From NCBI GenBank assembly GCA_964016885.1, contig OZ024740.1, positions 376,712,001 to 376,776,000 on the forward strand: a stretch of DNA of 64,000 nucleotides. Direction: 5' to 3'. This stretch comes from Eledone cirrhosa (Eukaryota). Shown here one piece after another: positions 25,960-42,207 of the stretch (positions within the stretch are counted from its first letter, which is position 1; each line of letters starts with the position of its first letter). A program made the translations under genes and the position numbers. The notes beneath the pieces are model-generated. The model saw nothing but the letters and a program-made list of their open reading frames with translations. It searched no databases and was not told where the DNA came from.

Positions 25960-26365
25960 GAAGATTGGCAGTATCGGTAGAGGGTCGGATGCCATGCTTT
26001 CCAGCATAGTTACGTCCCTTAACGATCTGAGTTCAAATCCCGCTGAGGTTGACTTTGCCTTTCACCCTACGGGGTCGATAAAATAAAGTACCAGTAATGC
26101 ACTGGGTAATTGCTGGCCTTGTGCCAAAAAGTAGAAACAATTATTAACCATCAGCACAGGGCGGTGGAATGGCAGTATCAATAGTGGGTCGGATGCTATG
26201 CTTTGCAACATTGAGTTCTGAGTTCAAATCCTGCCAAGGTTAACTTTGTCTTTCATCCATATGGGTCGATAAAATAAAGTACCAGTCACGCACTGGGGTC
26301 AATTTAATCGAGTTCCCCCTCTCCCAAGATTGCTGGCCTTGTGCCTATATAAGAAACCTTTATTA
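25960..26365 (+). mobile_element. Two tandem tRNA-derived SINEs
   Basis: A-box-like TGGCAGTATCGG and B-box GAGTTCAAATCC; short variant followed by long variant. Confidence 0.9.
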
Positions 26366-29300
26366 ACTACCAACACAAGCGTTAATAATATGCAAATTAG
26401 AACCTTCGTTTCAGGTCTCAAACTTAGGTCAGCAGAAAAAAGGCAAAATGGTAATGACCATTGTAATTATTACCGCATCAAGAGTTTTAGTCAAGAATCA
26501 TAGTTATGAAGCATTTAGAATAGCTTTGTGTATGTTATAAGAGATACGAATTCTTAAAAGACTTCGGAAGTATAGAATATAACGTTTCCCGCCCTTTGTC
26601 TTACGAGAGGAGATGAACTGGTTTTCCCAATTGTGTTGCAAACAAGAACATTTTGGACGTGGATTTTTACTGATGTATACAGGAAAAATGACATCACTAG
26701 CTGCTCTTCCTCGTGAAGAAGACGAAGAAGAAAAGACAAAAAAATCACATTCTTGATTCCTTACGGCAAATAACATCATTTAACTTTACCACAAACTCCA
26801 CTAATGTCTAATTTTTCCCGGTGTAAACCAAGCGCTGATTCCTCGGATGTCTGATTTTGCCACTACTTCGTGTGGACATGTTTCCGTCTTCCAATTAATT
26901 CAACGAAACTTTGATTTGAGCTTAGCTTTAATTATTTGTTTATAGTTGTGAAAGAATCATTGACAATGTATAGAATCAACTAATGAGAAATGGTGAGAAA
27001 TGGTGAGTTTATAATATGAGAATTATACGAGAATGCATGGCTTATAAATTTCCATATAATATATGTACGTACATGACAATCAAATGTATTGTTAGCCGAT
27101 GATGATCCGAATGAACAATATCAGAGAGAATCCCTATGGTTTGTATCAAGCGATTCGAAACGTACAAAGATAATGTGCTGAGAAAGAAAGTACTGATGGC
27201 CGTTAAATTTCAAACTAGATTGGATTTGATTTTAGGTTTATTGATTTTTCATAATTGTAGCGAATTAAGTATACAAGGTGACCATCATAATATCAGTGTC
27301 AGGTTGACCTGAAAATGGAGCAAGAGTCTCTTAACTGGAAGTATAATAATTACCCTAAGTTACTGTGGCGGTTCGTTTGTCTGCTATTCAGTGGTAGGTT
27401 TGCCGCGGCACACAGTTTAACTCAAACAACTCATCATCAGCTGCCTTTTACCGAGTTCAATTAGTGACCAAGGCTCCACCTCCACTGGCATCATGTTTTC
27501 CTTAAGAACATTTACCTGCAGATTCTGAAGCTTGGAAATGATTTTATCAATTCAATATGTCTGGTACGGCTTGAAATGTTTATTAGCAAAAATATGTTTT
27601 CCTCTAATTAACTAACAAAAGCAATATTTGTATTTGATTATTCCTTCATTGTTTTTCAAAGTGGATAAATGTTTTGTACATTCCTCCTATTCTGGATTAA
27701 TATCCATTAATATGAATAGTAATGTTACAAGTAAAGCAAATCATATTACAATAGAACTACATCAGGTGACCACAATCAACAAAGTAAGGAATAGACATAT
27801 TGTTTCACAACATCTACTCCAAGTTATTACGTGAAACTAACAAGAGCTACAAGCTCTTGTACAAATCTGAAAATTATTTCCTCTGTATAGATGAGAAAAC
27901 TAAGGGTTATGTGTGCATGTTACGTAACAAGTTTTCAACACGTTCAAAAGTGATCTTTAACGTGTTACATCCACTTTGCGTCCGAATTTCATATGTATTA
28001 ATATATTTCACAGTTTTCACCTTGAAACAAACCGACGTAGACAAGAGAGGAGGTTTAGTAAAACATTAAATGGAAACTGTATTAATCTCCCAAACTTGTG
28101 CTTACGAATCGTTACATAATTCTCCCCACATGCCAAAGAAGCTACCGTAAGTTTCTCAATACGATCAATACCGATGCAATGCATACATTATATCAACAAT
28201 TTACGCCAGAGAAAGACGTCAGCCGAAAAGTACATAGTGTATCATACTACATAATAATTCAGCATACGTATATATGGAACATTTGCATATTTTAGTTTAA
28301 GTAAATATATTTGTTTACTCCATGCGCCAGTTTACAAACAATATAATAATTTCCGTATTCTCATCATCAGTTTTATCTTTTGATTTGTAAACAACTCTGT
28401 TGAATCTGAGAAGATGTTAGTGCGGGGATTTGTGTTTTAAAACCTGCTTTCAACCAATAGTTGAGACTCCAATGACGTGACAACTGGATTCATCAAATTT
28501 GTTTGGCATTGATAATGTGGGTGTAAAGCAGGTATTTGTTTGTCTATTATGTTGTTTTAAAGGCAATTTAAGTATCCAATCGCTTTAGAAATATATGTAA
28601 CAATAATATTCTCACTGTATTAATAAACCCATTCTCAATTGTGACGATGTAATATAATGTTTAGTTCGAATGTCTACAAAAAGGATTCATTGGTGGAAGA
28701 ACTTCCTTATAATAGGAAGGCAATTCATTACATAAACCTCTCAAATGATAACGAATAAACCTCAATAATACAAACTAACGAAAGTCAAGTGAATTTTCCA
28801 ATGATTTTTCTCTTTACAGCTGTAAACTACATTACGCTGTCCTTACTATTAGATTCACTGGATCAATTTGAACACAAATTGATCTCGGATATGAGCCCTG
28901 TTCTCAATGGACTAGACTATCTGTTGTTTTTCGCAGCTACTTTCAAATTATACGAACAAAAGCCAAATCACCTTCCTCAGCAGGAATGTTTAAGTTGAAC
29001 ATATAAGGAGATGATGAACCTGGAAATTATCAAATCTGAAAATAAATTAAATTACTCGACCGCCTACTGTTATATTACCAGTGTGTTATATTTTGTTTAT
29101 TTAAGAATGTTAATATTGGTGTGATTTGAACTCACAAATATAACACAGCGTCTGATTCAGGAAACTATATCCTGTAGTGGCTTTAGAACAGAAGAAACAT
29201 CATTTACTTCTTTACTTCAATGACCTATCTAAAATACTTACCCATCTGATATATATGAAATTTATGTGTTAAAATTAGAAATTAATCTAAAGTTTGTCTT

Positions 29301-30321
29301 TGTCATTGAATTGTGTTCCCTCGTTTCTTTACTATAAACGAATTTCCAAAGTAATTAACCTTTTCGACTACTCCAAAAGCTTTCATGCATTACTTTCACA
29401 TTCTCTCCCTATTTTCGTCTACACAGCCTGAACCGGGAATATTGTCAACTACAATTAATCACATTAAGCTATCTGACTTTTGATTTTTTTCTGTATTTGA
29501 TTACATTTTTATTAATTGCTAAGTTGAATTTCGATTTTCTACGGTAAAACAAAATAATGCTTTAATTATACCTCACAATATTTTTTCTCTTAATTATTCT
29601 GTTATATATCAATTGATTTATCATTCATTTCTATTTCACAAGACATTCTGCAGTTATTAAACTCAATTTAACGAGAATGATATCTATTCGAAGTTTAATT
29701 GCTCGTATAATTTAAAACTACATATATATATAAAGAGAGAGGGCGGTGGATTTATAAATATATATATATGCATATATATATATATGTATGTGTATGTGTG
29801 TGTATGTGTGTGTATGTGTGTGTGGTGGGGTGTATATGTGTGTGTGTCAGTGTGTGTATGTGTGTATGTATATACAGCTTAATATAACTTGCACGATGCA
29901 TGCTTAAACATAAATCATTTCTCTGTTACAAAGAAAAGTCTAAAGTTTGTATACATTCCAATGTCAATCAATAAATGTATGCCTGAAATTACAGTTACTT
30001 TATCAAAGAAGGGAAAAAGAAAGGATAACGATTAAATTGTTTAAGAACGAACATGGGATAAGAATTAAGTGATAAACGGAAGGAAATGCCTTATAGAGAA
30101 GAGGCAAGTAACAAATACCGATATTAAAGTATATTGAGGACGATCCTGAATTTACTGTGGAATTTGCTGGGGATCGTCCGCATCGATAAAGGTTATTCTG
30201 TAGGAATCTTTTGAACGGTTCTTTTGTAAAGGAAAATGAAGAATTTACAAATTCGAGACTTATATTACATCTGATTATGAATACAAGATTGTGTTGACGC
30301 TTTGGTTCCGGGCATATAAAT

Positions 30322-30420
30322 AATTATTTCTACTTTTGGAACAAGGCCAGCAATTACTCAATGCATTACTGGTACTTTATTCTATCGACCCCGGAAGGAT
30401 GAAAGGCAAAGTTAACCGGG
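30322..30420 (-). mobile_element. SINE 3' fragment
   Basis: TTTCTACTTTTGG.ACAAGGCCAGCAATT..CGACCCCGGAAGGATGAAAGGCAAAG. Confidence 0.8.
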
Positions 30421-31942
30421 CATATAAATAATGATTTTTTATTACTAATTTAAGCACTGCTTGCAAATTTGGTAAAAGATTAAATTAGATTAAATAACTC
30501 CAGCACATGACTAATAATTTATTTTATCGAAGAATAAAAGGCAATGTTGAACTCGGTGGTATTTGAATTCATAATATATAAGCCCCTGAACAAATATACA
30601 AGGGCAATGTATTGGACGCTATCCAATTTCTGGAAATTCACAATTCTTTCCAGACAATCAAAGTGCGATGCGAGGTGTGATGTGAAAAGTGAATCGGAAC
30701 TCTGAGAAGTGGTGTGAAAGGGTCCGAAATATGGGGTACAAGTAGAATGTGACTGATTGATATATCTATTTGGAGAATAACAATTAAAGCGATGCGTCAG
30801 GACAGGGATAAGGAGGTTACCGTCTCTCGAATACAATGTATACCAGAATTTTACTCTCACCCATAATCTGTCACTAAGCTTTCATCCCTTTACTCTAGAG
30901 CTGTCCCCTTCATATCATTTTCAGTTCAATTTCTCCTGTATCATCTAAGCCACAACCAAAGCAATAGTAACACCTTATACTACTGGTCAACATGGTTTAT
31001 TATTCAGACATTGCAGCAATTGAATTTATTACACATGTCTAGATGATCTCTGAAGGAAAGTACATAACAGGAAAACAAGTAATATTGATTAATTCTATGT
31101 AAATATTTGATAAAATGTATATCTCTTTAATTGTCAATCAATATATGGTTATGCACACAAATGTTTTTTCTTCGGCAGCGAGACTACACATATGTTAATT
31201 TTATATAAACTTATTATATCCATTATAAGGTATCTTCATACGCCTCTATTATATATATATGTCTGTGTGTGTGTATGTGTGTGTGCACGTTGTGCGTGCG
31301 CGTATGTTTGAGTGTGCGTGTGTGTGTACATTTATATGTTTATGTAAATACACATGAGTGAAGTATACGCTGACTTGAAACTTTCTTTGTTGAAGATGTT
31401 GTTAGATTACTCACTGGAAATATTTAGACTGCCCCTCATGTTACACAGGATTTTGTCATTGCGCCCATATAATTTTACTCCCACCTTTCCCGTTGTAAAT
31501 CCGGGCACGAACTTTCTTTTGCTGAGATCAGAGTATCACGATCGTCTACAAAAATGAAGCATTGCATATTAAAATGAGAGGAGTGAGGGACGGAATAAGA
31601 GATCATACTCGATCGCGAATTGACACAGTGTATTTTATCAAACCCGATAGAGTTTTAATATAGGTGTTTATGAGCCACGCTACGCAAATTTAAACAAATG
31701 TGGAAAATATGTTTTTCTCATTGTGAACATAGATTCTATAAATAATTCGCAGATAATCATTAGACAAGTCTTTTCACACGATGTATATATATTTTCGCCA
31801 TCCGAACACCAGCAATACAGTTCGGATCTAGCTCAGCCGTCGGGGGGCCCGAATCCCTATATTACCCATTGTACTACCCCAGGTATCGAGTACTTTGTTT
31901 GGTGTAACTGTTTTCTATTGCATCCATTCTGATTTATGTATG

Positions 31943-32006
<64 letters not shown>

Positions 32007-32899
32007 GGATCATATTCAACTTTGCTTTCATCCTCCCTGTGTCGATAATATAAGTACCAGTCAATTAATGTGTTCGATTTAATCGGTATCATCTCCAAAT
32101 TTGCATAACGTTCCCCCTCATGCTGATGGTAATCGTATGCAATAGATTTGAAATCGCAATTTGCTTTGATTATGTTTCTTATGCTCATAATTCAATGTGA
32201 TGGTGAGGGAGAGAAAAGGAAAGAAATCCATAAAGATACATAACATAATAACTTATACTCATAATTTGCGAGAAATTTTTACAAATATATTTCAGCTTTG
32301 TGGATCATGTAATATTTATTTGAAATGAAACCATTAGAAGAAATTCAACAAATTGGAAACGAACATTAATAGTCGATGAATTTAAGTGAAATAGATTTTG
32401 AAATGTATTTAAGCTATGATTTTATGTCCTTATTTTATGTTATATTCCTACTCTTATTCACATCATTAACAAAGTATTAATTAGAGATATATTTACGCCA
32501 TTAGAATTTATATAGCATGTTCAAATTCATATAAATTAAATACTGATCATGAAAAAAATTGTTAAATGGAAGGAAAAAGAGCTAAATGTAGTTATGCATG
32601 GCGTGAGAGATAGAAAGTGAGAGAGATATGGAATATGTGAATTTGAAGGAGAGAATATGAGAGAAATTCATACAAAATATATATCATAATAATTTTACTG
32701 TTTCTCGTAAATAAAAATGCTCATTGAAGTTCACCATTATTATTATTATTATTAGCATTATTAGTATTTATATTATTATCTTGTCGTTTTTGTTGTTGTT
32801 ATTGTGATTGATGTTATCAGCCTCGTCGTCGTTGTTGCCATCATCAACATCCTCATTATCACCATAATAATTATCATCATCATCATCTTCCTCATCAGA

Positions 32900-33125
32900 G
32901 CGGGAAACTGGTAGAATTGTTAAAGCATCGGGATCAATGTTTTGCGGTATGTTTTCTTACCTTACTATGCTCTGAGATCAAACCTTGCCAACGTCAATTT
33001 TACCTTTCATCCCTCTGGGACCGATAAAATAAAATACCAGTTAAGTACTGTCATCATTGTAATCTACTTTCCCCTTCCCCAAATGGCTGGTCTAGTGCTG
33101 ATGCTAGAAAGAATTATTTTTTATT
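32900..33125 (+). mobile_element. tRNA-derived SINE, diverged
   Basis: CTGAGATCAAACC..CCTTTCATCCC..CGATAAAATAAAATACCAG. Confidence 0.7.
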
Positions 33126-33849
33126 ATTGCATTTGCTGAGTCAAGAATATTTATTGCTGATCTCGTAAGATTTGAAATTAATGTTAAACATTTTCCCATT
33201 TAAAGGTTTATTTATAAATTTCTCTCTGAGGATTATTAGGTAACGTGGTTTTCAAAGGAACCAGGTGGCAGTGTCGTTTTGTTAATTGCCATTTGAGGGT
33301 AAAACTTCAAAAAGAACGAGTAAAATTGTATTTGGCTCGCCGATTTCTCTTCTAACATTCATCACAACACATGTCATACGCCGCTTCGTATATCTCAGAT
33401 ATATCATAGGTGAGAGAGACAAAAAGAAGAACGCCACATTATCCCTAAATGAAGGGAGAGAAAACTGAAAAAGAACAACATGAAGCCATACAAGAAGCAG
33501 GTAGAAAGAAACTAAAGCCCACGAGGCTAACAACAGCACCACTACATATTTCACCCCCACCACAACCACTACCACAGACACCACCATCATTACGAACTCC
33601 ACAGAGGCCACAAACACTACAAACTACACAACAAACGCCAACACAAACCAACACACACCCATTCCAATACGAGTCGCTCTTGTGACATGAACAAAGAAAA
33701 AATATCATTAACTACATGGCCATAGACAAATACAACAGACCCTCTGAATAAAACAACATTATTGCGTACCAGCATATATAAAAAATCAAAAAAATCTTCA
33801 CTAATAAAGTCTTGAAAAAAGCAAAGTGTGTTCGAGACTCATTTTGCAA

Positions 33850-34070
33850 GCAGTTTTTATTTTATATGGTGATCATATCGAAAGAGGATTTAAGGTGTGC
33901 AATATTGAAAGTGCTGAAGTCATACAATTTCCTGTTCCGCCAAATCCTCAACGTGTGTCAGATTTCACTCGAAAAGAAAATTGGGGCTTCTGGACTAACT
34001 CCAAGTTCCCCGAGTGAAAGGGCCTGCTCTGAATGTACACCTATAAATTGACCCTGGATATTTATGTGAG
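33850..34070 (+). mobile_element. Highly decayed C-terminus of the Tx1/L1 family seen at 61.6 kb
   Basis: FYMVIISKEDLRCAILKVLKSYNFLFRQIL..KKI aligns with FLCVIAMAKEVVWWTRLKGLRSGTFLSGQQL..RRI. Confidence 0.5.
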
Positions 34071-34413
34071 TCCTTCCATGAGTAGAATTTGCTTTGTTTC
34101 AGTATGATATTACCAATTTTGTTTTGTGTGCTTTATTTCCATTATTTTTGTTTTTACGCGTTTCCATATAAAACCACACTGAATTGTTTGATTTTAATGA
34201 TTTTATGGTGAGATTTATGGTGGAGATGATATATGCACGCTTTTCAGAGATCTAATTGATTTCTTGATATTTTTGCCATTTACAAATTGCTCCCAAGAAA
34301 TTTACATAAGATAGAAGCTCATAATGTAACAATAAAGCAATTCCAATACAATTACGAACGTGTTGAAATAAAATGGCGTTCTTTATATAGTTTCTGTTTT
34401 TCCCTCCTCCCAT

Positions 34414-34511
<98 letters not shown>

Positions 34512-34599
34512 GTCTACCACTCTCTCCCTCCACCACTCTCCCTCGGTATACATACACATACATAAACATACACGCACGTGTATATATATATATATATAT

Positions 34600-34630
<31 letters not shown>

Positions 34631-34632
34631 AC

Positions 34633-34669
<37 letters not shown>

Positions 34670-35179
34670 ATATATATATAGTAGGGGGGAGGGGGGCATG
34701 ATGTATTTATGTATATGTATATATTCACGCCTTTTAATTTGAGCTACTGGGGTTGTATTCTACCTCGTAACTTATCATTATTTAAACCTGCTGTCTGTTG
34801 ACAGCTTTCTTTGCCGGCATTTACATCAAAGCATTTACTTCAAAGTATGGGCAACTCCCAATTCTACACCTACTTCACAACATGGATGCGTGCGATAATT
34901 GCTTCAAAAGGGTCTTTAATTCAAACACTCCCCGAAATAATATTAGCTCAAGCTACATGAACACTTCTTTCGGTTTATTTCCAAAGATAAACTATTTTTT
35001 ACATAACACACTGATGGGTAATGCATCTTTACAATATCTCTGTAATATGTGGTATTGATTAATATGATTATGATATTTAAATCAGCAGAAAATTATTTTT
35101 TGCATGGAATCGACTTATTGGTGCGTGGTGTGAGTATACATGTATATATATATATAAATGTATATATGTATATATATAA

Positions 35180-35309
<130 letters not shown>

Positions 35310-38300
35310 TATATGTGTATAAATATATATATATATATTATATATGTATATATACATATTTACATATATGTGTGTGTGTGTGTGTCTATGTGTAAAACGC
35401 CTGCGTGTGCGTGTGTGCCGCATTCAAGCGTTTAAATAAGATGTCGTTTCTTATTCCCTCTTTTACCCAAGTGAATAACATTTAGCAAACTGGAGATTAA
35501 TGTATAAATATATAATGCAATGAATAAGAATCAAGAAGACATAAAAATCAGCATAAAATTACTTTATTGAAGATATAAATGTCAATCACCTATCATTTGG
35601 ATCAGTAGGTACTGTTTTGGGTTTGTCTTTTAGTTGTTGTTTAGTGCCAGTTTTGTTCTAGCTCACCAGATCTTTGATGATGGCAGTAGCAGCTGTCTCC
35701 ATAGAGATTCATACTGCCAATATAATCGTACGCTTTCCACTCCGTTTTCAACATTTAATTCGAGAATTAACCCTTTAATTAATTAAATAATTTACCATTT
35801 TTCTAAGTTCATTTGTCACAACTGGTGATCTTATCGATGGCGACGTGTTCCATCCGTGTTCTTGATGCGTTTCCTTCTCGCCAGCTCTGACTACTTTCCT
35901 TTTTTTGCCAGAACCCACTTGAGTCAACTTCGCAGAACTAAATTATCCGATGTACCAATCATTTTTTTAAAGTTCGTTGTGTATGTTTATGAAGATTTTG
36001 CTGTTACTTTCAAGAAAAGCGTCAATTTAGAAGCTCGCTTGTCAATACATCTGCATTTAAACTTGTAGTGTGACTTTTCTTAAAATTGCATCGTCATCAG
36101 GAACACTTGTATAGTTATTTATAAGTTATTGATGCCTTTTTCCTGGCAGTGTTTTTATCATCTTGTTAAGGTTTACGTATTTTATAACCTATAGCAAATA
36201 GAAAACGGTGCATATATCTCTGAAATAAACTAAGAAGTACGGATATAAAAGTAACATGATTTGACTAGATATTTCTTTTAATATTTTTCTCTTCGTAGTT
36301 CACAAGTAGTTCCATTCTCATTTAATAATTTCATATTTTTATATTGAAGAGGACATTATTTTAATTATTTTAAACGCCTTCCCACCTGAATTACATCATG
36401 CTCGCTTTCCTATAATCACTGGTTGAAGTTTGAGCGCCGTTTGGGTAGCTATTTATTTATCCTTTATTGTAGTGATTCCAAGGATACATTATAATCGGTT
36501 TCAAAGCGTTATTTTCAAATAGTTCATAAAGTAAGCGATGAATTCTTATATTTCTTCTCACTGCGAGTCAGCAAGGTGAAAGTTTAGTCGTTTCCCTTTT
36601 GGCTGGTTGCCTCATCTGTAATATAGTGATACAAAAATGCATTGCCATGATCGAAGTCACTTTGATATCAGTGTTTTAACTTATGTCAACGTCCTTGGTC
36701 ATGGTCTATGTGTAATGATATAATCCAACCTAGCTTGTTCATCCCCGTACACCATAGAATGACACGTACCTCATAGGCTTTATTTGGAAAGCAGCGTTCA
36801 GAGCAACTAGAAATGGTGAGTAATTTTGAGTAATTTAATCTACAATAATGTTCCCCTGAATGTGTAAATATTGTGGCGAGGTTTGTCTTAAGAATTTATG
36901 GTTATTGCAAACAAAATCACGGTTTGCTTCAAGGTCCACATAAATTGATGCAGCTATTCTCAGAACGTATCCACCAGTTATTTGTAGACAAATATCTGTA
37001 GCATCAAGGCATTCTATAATCTTATTTGTGTTATCTTTAGATCGTAGCATATGGCAGCAGAAATATGTGCGTATCACTCAGTTGACAATACATCAATGCA
37101 ATCTTAGTTTGGGCCTTTGCAAAGCTTATCATAGCATCAATCAATATTGTGTATAACAATAAAACTGATTCGCCAACAATGATAGGCTTTATGGGGGGAT
37201 GAAATATAATATAGACGTATATTTTTCACATAAATTACAGTGTTATCATCAATTATTATACGATAGTCTTGCATGCATAGTCGATATACATTTTGTTCCC
37301 TTGCTATCTCTGTCTTTACCAATTAATAAAGTCTCCGTTCATCAGTTCGTGCCTTGGGAATATATGTGTTGATATGCGCAGATTCGAGCAACGATGCCTT
37401 GGCTAGTAGGCTACATGCCCATCTAGTTGATTTATTTTCATGTATATGAAGATAGTTTCAGGTAGATGACCCTATGCGGGTCATGTTTTATATATTTATT
37501 CATTTTAATGTTGGTATGTCAGAACGTCTTCAGTGGTAAAGGACATATTGCCCTGAATTTTTAATCGACACAACTGTCATACGAATGATGTGTATCTTAT
37601 AAATGTTGACACATGATGATATATAAATAAATAATTACAATGTATAAATATTAATTTATGAAATGTAAAATTCATGAAAATATATAAAACCCATGATATT
37701 ATTATATCAAATGTTATCCTTCGATATGAGTGGGAATAATAATAAAATGTCACAAGAAATGTTACGGGTGTCTTTTTTCAGCAAAGAAATAGCAGCATTG
37801 TGTTTTATATAATAGTTGATTTTGTGATCAATGTGAGATGGCTGCAACAACAATGAATGGAAATCGGCTAACGCAGTCATTGTGTTAGAAACCTGCGGCT
37901 TATCTAGTGTTTTCTATTGTTCTTGTTTTGGTTGCTGTTGTTGTTCTTTATCTCCACATCAGCTCTGAGCAAGTTTACGCTTAATCAAAAGGCTGTCCAA
38001 CAGTGACTATCTCGTTTTATTATTCAGACAGTGACTAAGGATTGCATTATCCAATTCGTCCTTTTTAAACACGGTAAAATATTATTTGGCCTTTCACTCT
38101 AGCAGATTGGGTGTGCACAGCAGTACTTCAACTTTTAGTAAAGTGAGTGAACCGAATATTGATATGTATTATGCTCGGTACGCCATACGTTGTGCTATCT
38201 ACCATCACATAGGTTTGACACACTTTACCATATATAGGACACGCTGTGGAGTGTATGTTACACACATGCTTGGATAAATACCATTATTTCAGATTGATGT

Positions 38301-38959
38301 TAATATATGATTACAGACTGCAAATTATTCCCGTTACTATAAACTATGTCTGATGGAATAGTTATGTCTTTTTCTGCAGAACTCATATTATAAGCTAGGA
38401 ACTTTATTGGACATATATTTCGGAAACATCTCACTTACTATATATTAATTACTGAAGTGTATCTTTATTTTTTCGTTAGTTTGATTTTATTTCTTTTTAT
38501 TCTTATCAATTTTGGATTTCGAGAACAATATTTATTTATTTATTTATTTATTTCAGTTGGCACGGGAGAGAAATTCCTCCGTGTACCCTTCATTTTATGA
38601 TATGTAGATAATATTTGTTGAAGTAATTGTAGAATAAGCTGATTATTTGCCATTCTTCGCGTTAACATTGGAATGTTGAGCTAAACGTCTAAAAAGACCA
38701 AGATTACTTTAGTTTACAAATCTTTGCTTTAATGTTCATATATATAAATTTGTATTAAACAGTTAGGCCTGCTTTAAAATCTAGATGTTGTTCTTATCTA
38801 AATTGATTTCTGAAACAGATTACTACGGGTAAATATTGTATAAAAAAATGCGTTGTTTGAACTGGAAATTTGGTATGTAAGAATTATTCTACGCATTTAT
38901 CCCAATGCTTTTATCTCGTACACATTTATGGTCTTTTCTATATCTATCCATTTTAAAAG

Positions 38960-39105
38960 ACGACGAACTGACACAATCCTTCGAGCTGTCGGCTGAAATG
39001 TATTGCTCGAGCTTTCTGCATTCTGAATTTCAATCAGGCCGAGGTAAACTTTGCCTTTCATCCTTTCCTGCTCGATATATAAATTTCCAATCCTGTACTG
39101 AAGTT
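38960..39105 (+). mobile_element. Old SINE copy
   Basis: GCCGAGGTAAACTTTGCCTTTCATCCTTTC core. Confidence 0.6.
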
Positions 39106-39834
39106 GTTTCCCCCTCTCTCTCTCTCTACCTCTCAGCCACTTTCTTTCTCACTTTATCTATTTCGTACACACACACGGCTTCTCTGTAAGAGAATGTGTA
39201 TTTAGAGATAGGGTAGTTATAGGATTCATTAAGCTGTATTGCAAGTTACACGACATGAAAAGAAAATCTTCAGAGATGCTGATTACGTCATGAGTACTCA
39301 TTTTCAATAATATCGTTAAAAGGCTCCAGGATGTCTAGTATTTTAAAATATTTAACAATCTACAGAAATTATTTTGCAACCATAAACTATTCGTATTATG
39401 CCATAACAAACGATCTCCTCAATAGTATAGCAGTTGATAGAGTCTATATATTTTAAAGATATATACGTTTGATACTGTGGACTAGTGAATGTTTAAAAAC
39501 AATTTCGTGTTAGACAACTAATTGTAATGTAAAATATAGTTCATTACGGTTTTTAATAAACAATGTTTCAATAATTAATTTTGTCTGACACCAAAATAGA
39601 TTACATGAATCAAAGCATATTACCAAATCTATTGTTTTATGTTCTGTTCAGTTTTACTGCTGTAGTTTCATCTTAATAAACACTGATCTCTATCTCAAGA
39701 CTCCATGAAGCAATCAGTGTATTTAGTATTTCCTGTTGAAACTTCACTAAAAAAGAAACATTGCATCAACTGTTTTAATGATAGATTTGTAGTTTATAAT
39801 TGAAAATATCTGTGTATATTTCAGTTGACATGGC

Positions 39835-40979
<1,145 letters not shown>

Positions 40980-41353
40980 TATCCACGGTAAGTTGTGGGG
41001 TCTAGTCTGCATGATATATATATATATATTGACATTTTCGTCAAACTTTGATATTGCGTAATTAGTATCTACGGTGACCTTCCATGTACCTTCTAAGCCA
41101 AATAATTACACAAGCTATATGTGGCAGCAAAGAATCTAAATGTGGAATCTATATTTTGGTTATTGTTAATTAGGTGAATTTTATATGAGGTACAAAAGAC
41201 TGAGAAACTTCCAAATGAATTAATATCTTATATATCAGTTATGGGAGAATTATCTTCTAAATGAATTTTGCAATAATTCCCTGCGTAATTTAGATACTAA
41301 GAGGTTAATTATTAACTCTCCATCAGTAGTGGGATGATATTTTTACCACAATC

Positions 41354-41431
<78 letters not shown>

Positions 41432-41652
41432 GTAATGATTTCTAGTATAGGCACAAGGCCAGTAATTTGGGGGGAGGGGAAATCTATTAAGTCGACTCCA
41501 GTGCGTGACTGATACTTTATTTTATCTACTCCGTAAGGATGAAAGGCAAAGTTAACATCGGCGGGATTTGAACTCAGATGATAAAGGGCCGTAACTCTAT
41601 GATGCGAAGCATGGCGTTCGACACTCTACCGATTCTGGCATTCCACCGCCCT
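41432..41652 (-). mobile_element. Full-length tRNA-derived SINE (long variant) in (TAA)n
   Basis: Complete head-to-tail match with TAA repeats on both sides. Confidence 0.9.
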
Positions 41653-41659
41653 AATAATA

Positions 41660-41892
41660 ATAATAATACAAGGACGATTTGTTAAGCCTTCATTACGGTT
41701 GTTGATTGATGACGCGCGTTTCTCTATTGATCAGCTCAACGTTCGATCTGTATCGATCTGGCCCGACTCTGGAAGCAAAAGCTCGTCGGGCCTGATCGAT
41801 ACAGATCGAACCTTGAGCTGATCAATATCGAAACGCGCGTCACCAATCAATAAACGTAATGAAGGCTTAACAAATCGTCCTTGTATTATTAT
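41660..41892. repeat. ~105-bp-arm palindrome from a PLE pseudo-LTR
   Basis: Arms about 41660-41767 and 41785-41892; contains the hammerhead 3' half CGAAA-CGCGCG-TC followed by AATAAA. Confidence 0.75.
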
Positions 41893-41990
41893 ATTACACT
41901 CTGTCTAGCTCTACATCTCACTACTAACGTGAACCTAAACATCGAGTGCTCACCTGGTTGAACCTGCAGTACCTTCACGTTACATTCCCT

Positions 41991-42028
<38 letters not shown>

Positions 42029-42207
42029 GATAACAAAATATCGTTATAGGTAATCCAGTTAGAGGTTGTGAATACTTCGTATTGTGGATAGTTTTAGCCT
42101 ACCGCGTTGTTTTACTCAACAAGAGGTTTCCGTAGGTGGCGACTTTATGAGTTCTCTTGCATTCCTATGTAAGTTTATCTTGGAGTAATAATTTTGAAAG
42201 AGTGAAG

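Noticed and set aside
36835-37322. Faint piggyBac-like peptide patterns on minus (IIIDD..YISSPHK)
   Set aside because: Too few matching residues to distinguish from chance.
42085-42190. Hammerhead on minus (TTACTC/GAGTAA stem, GAAA..GTT)
   Set aside because: CUGANGA core is missing.
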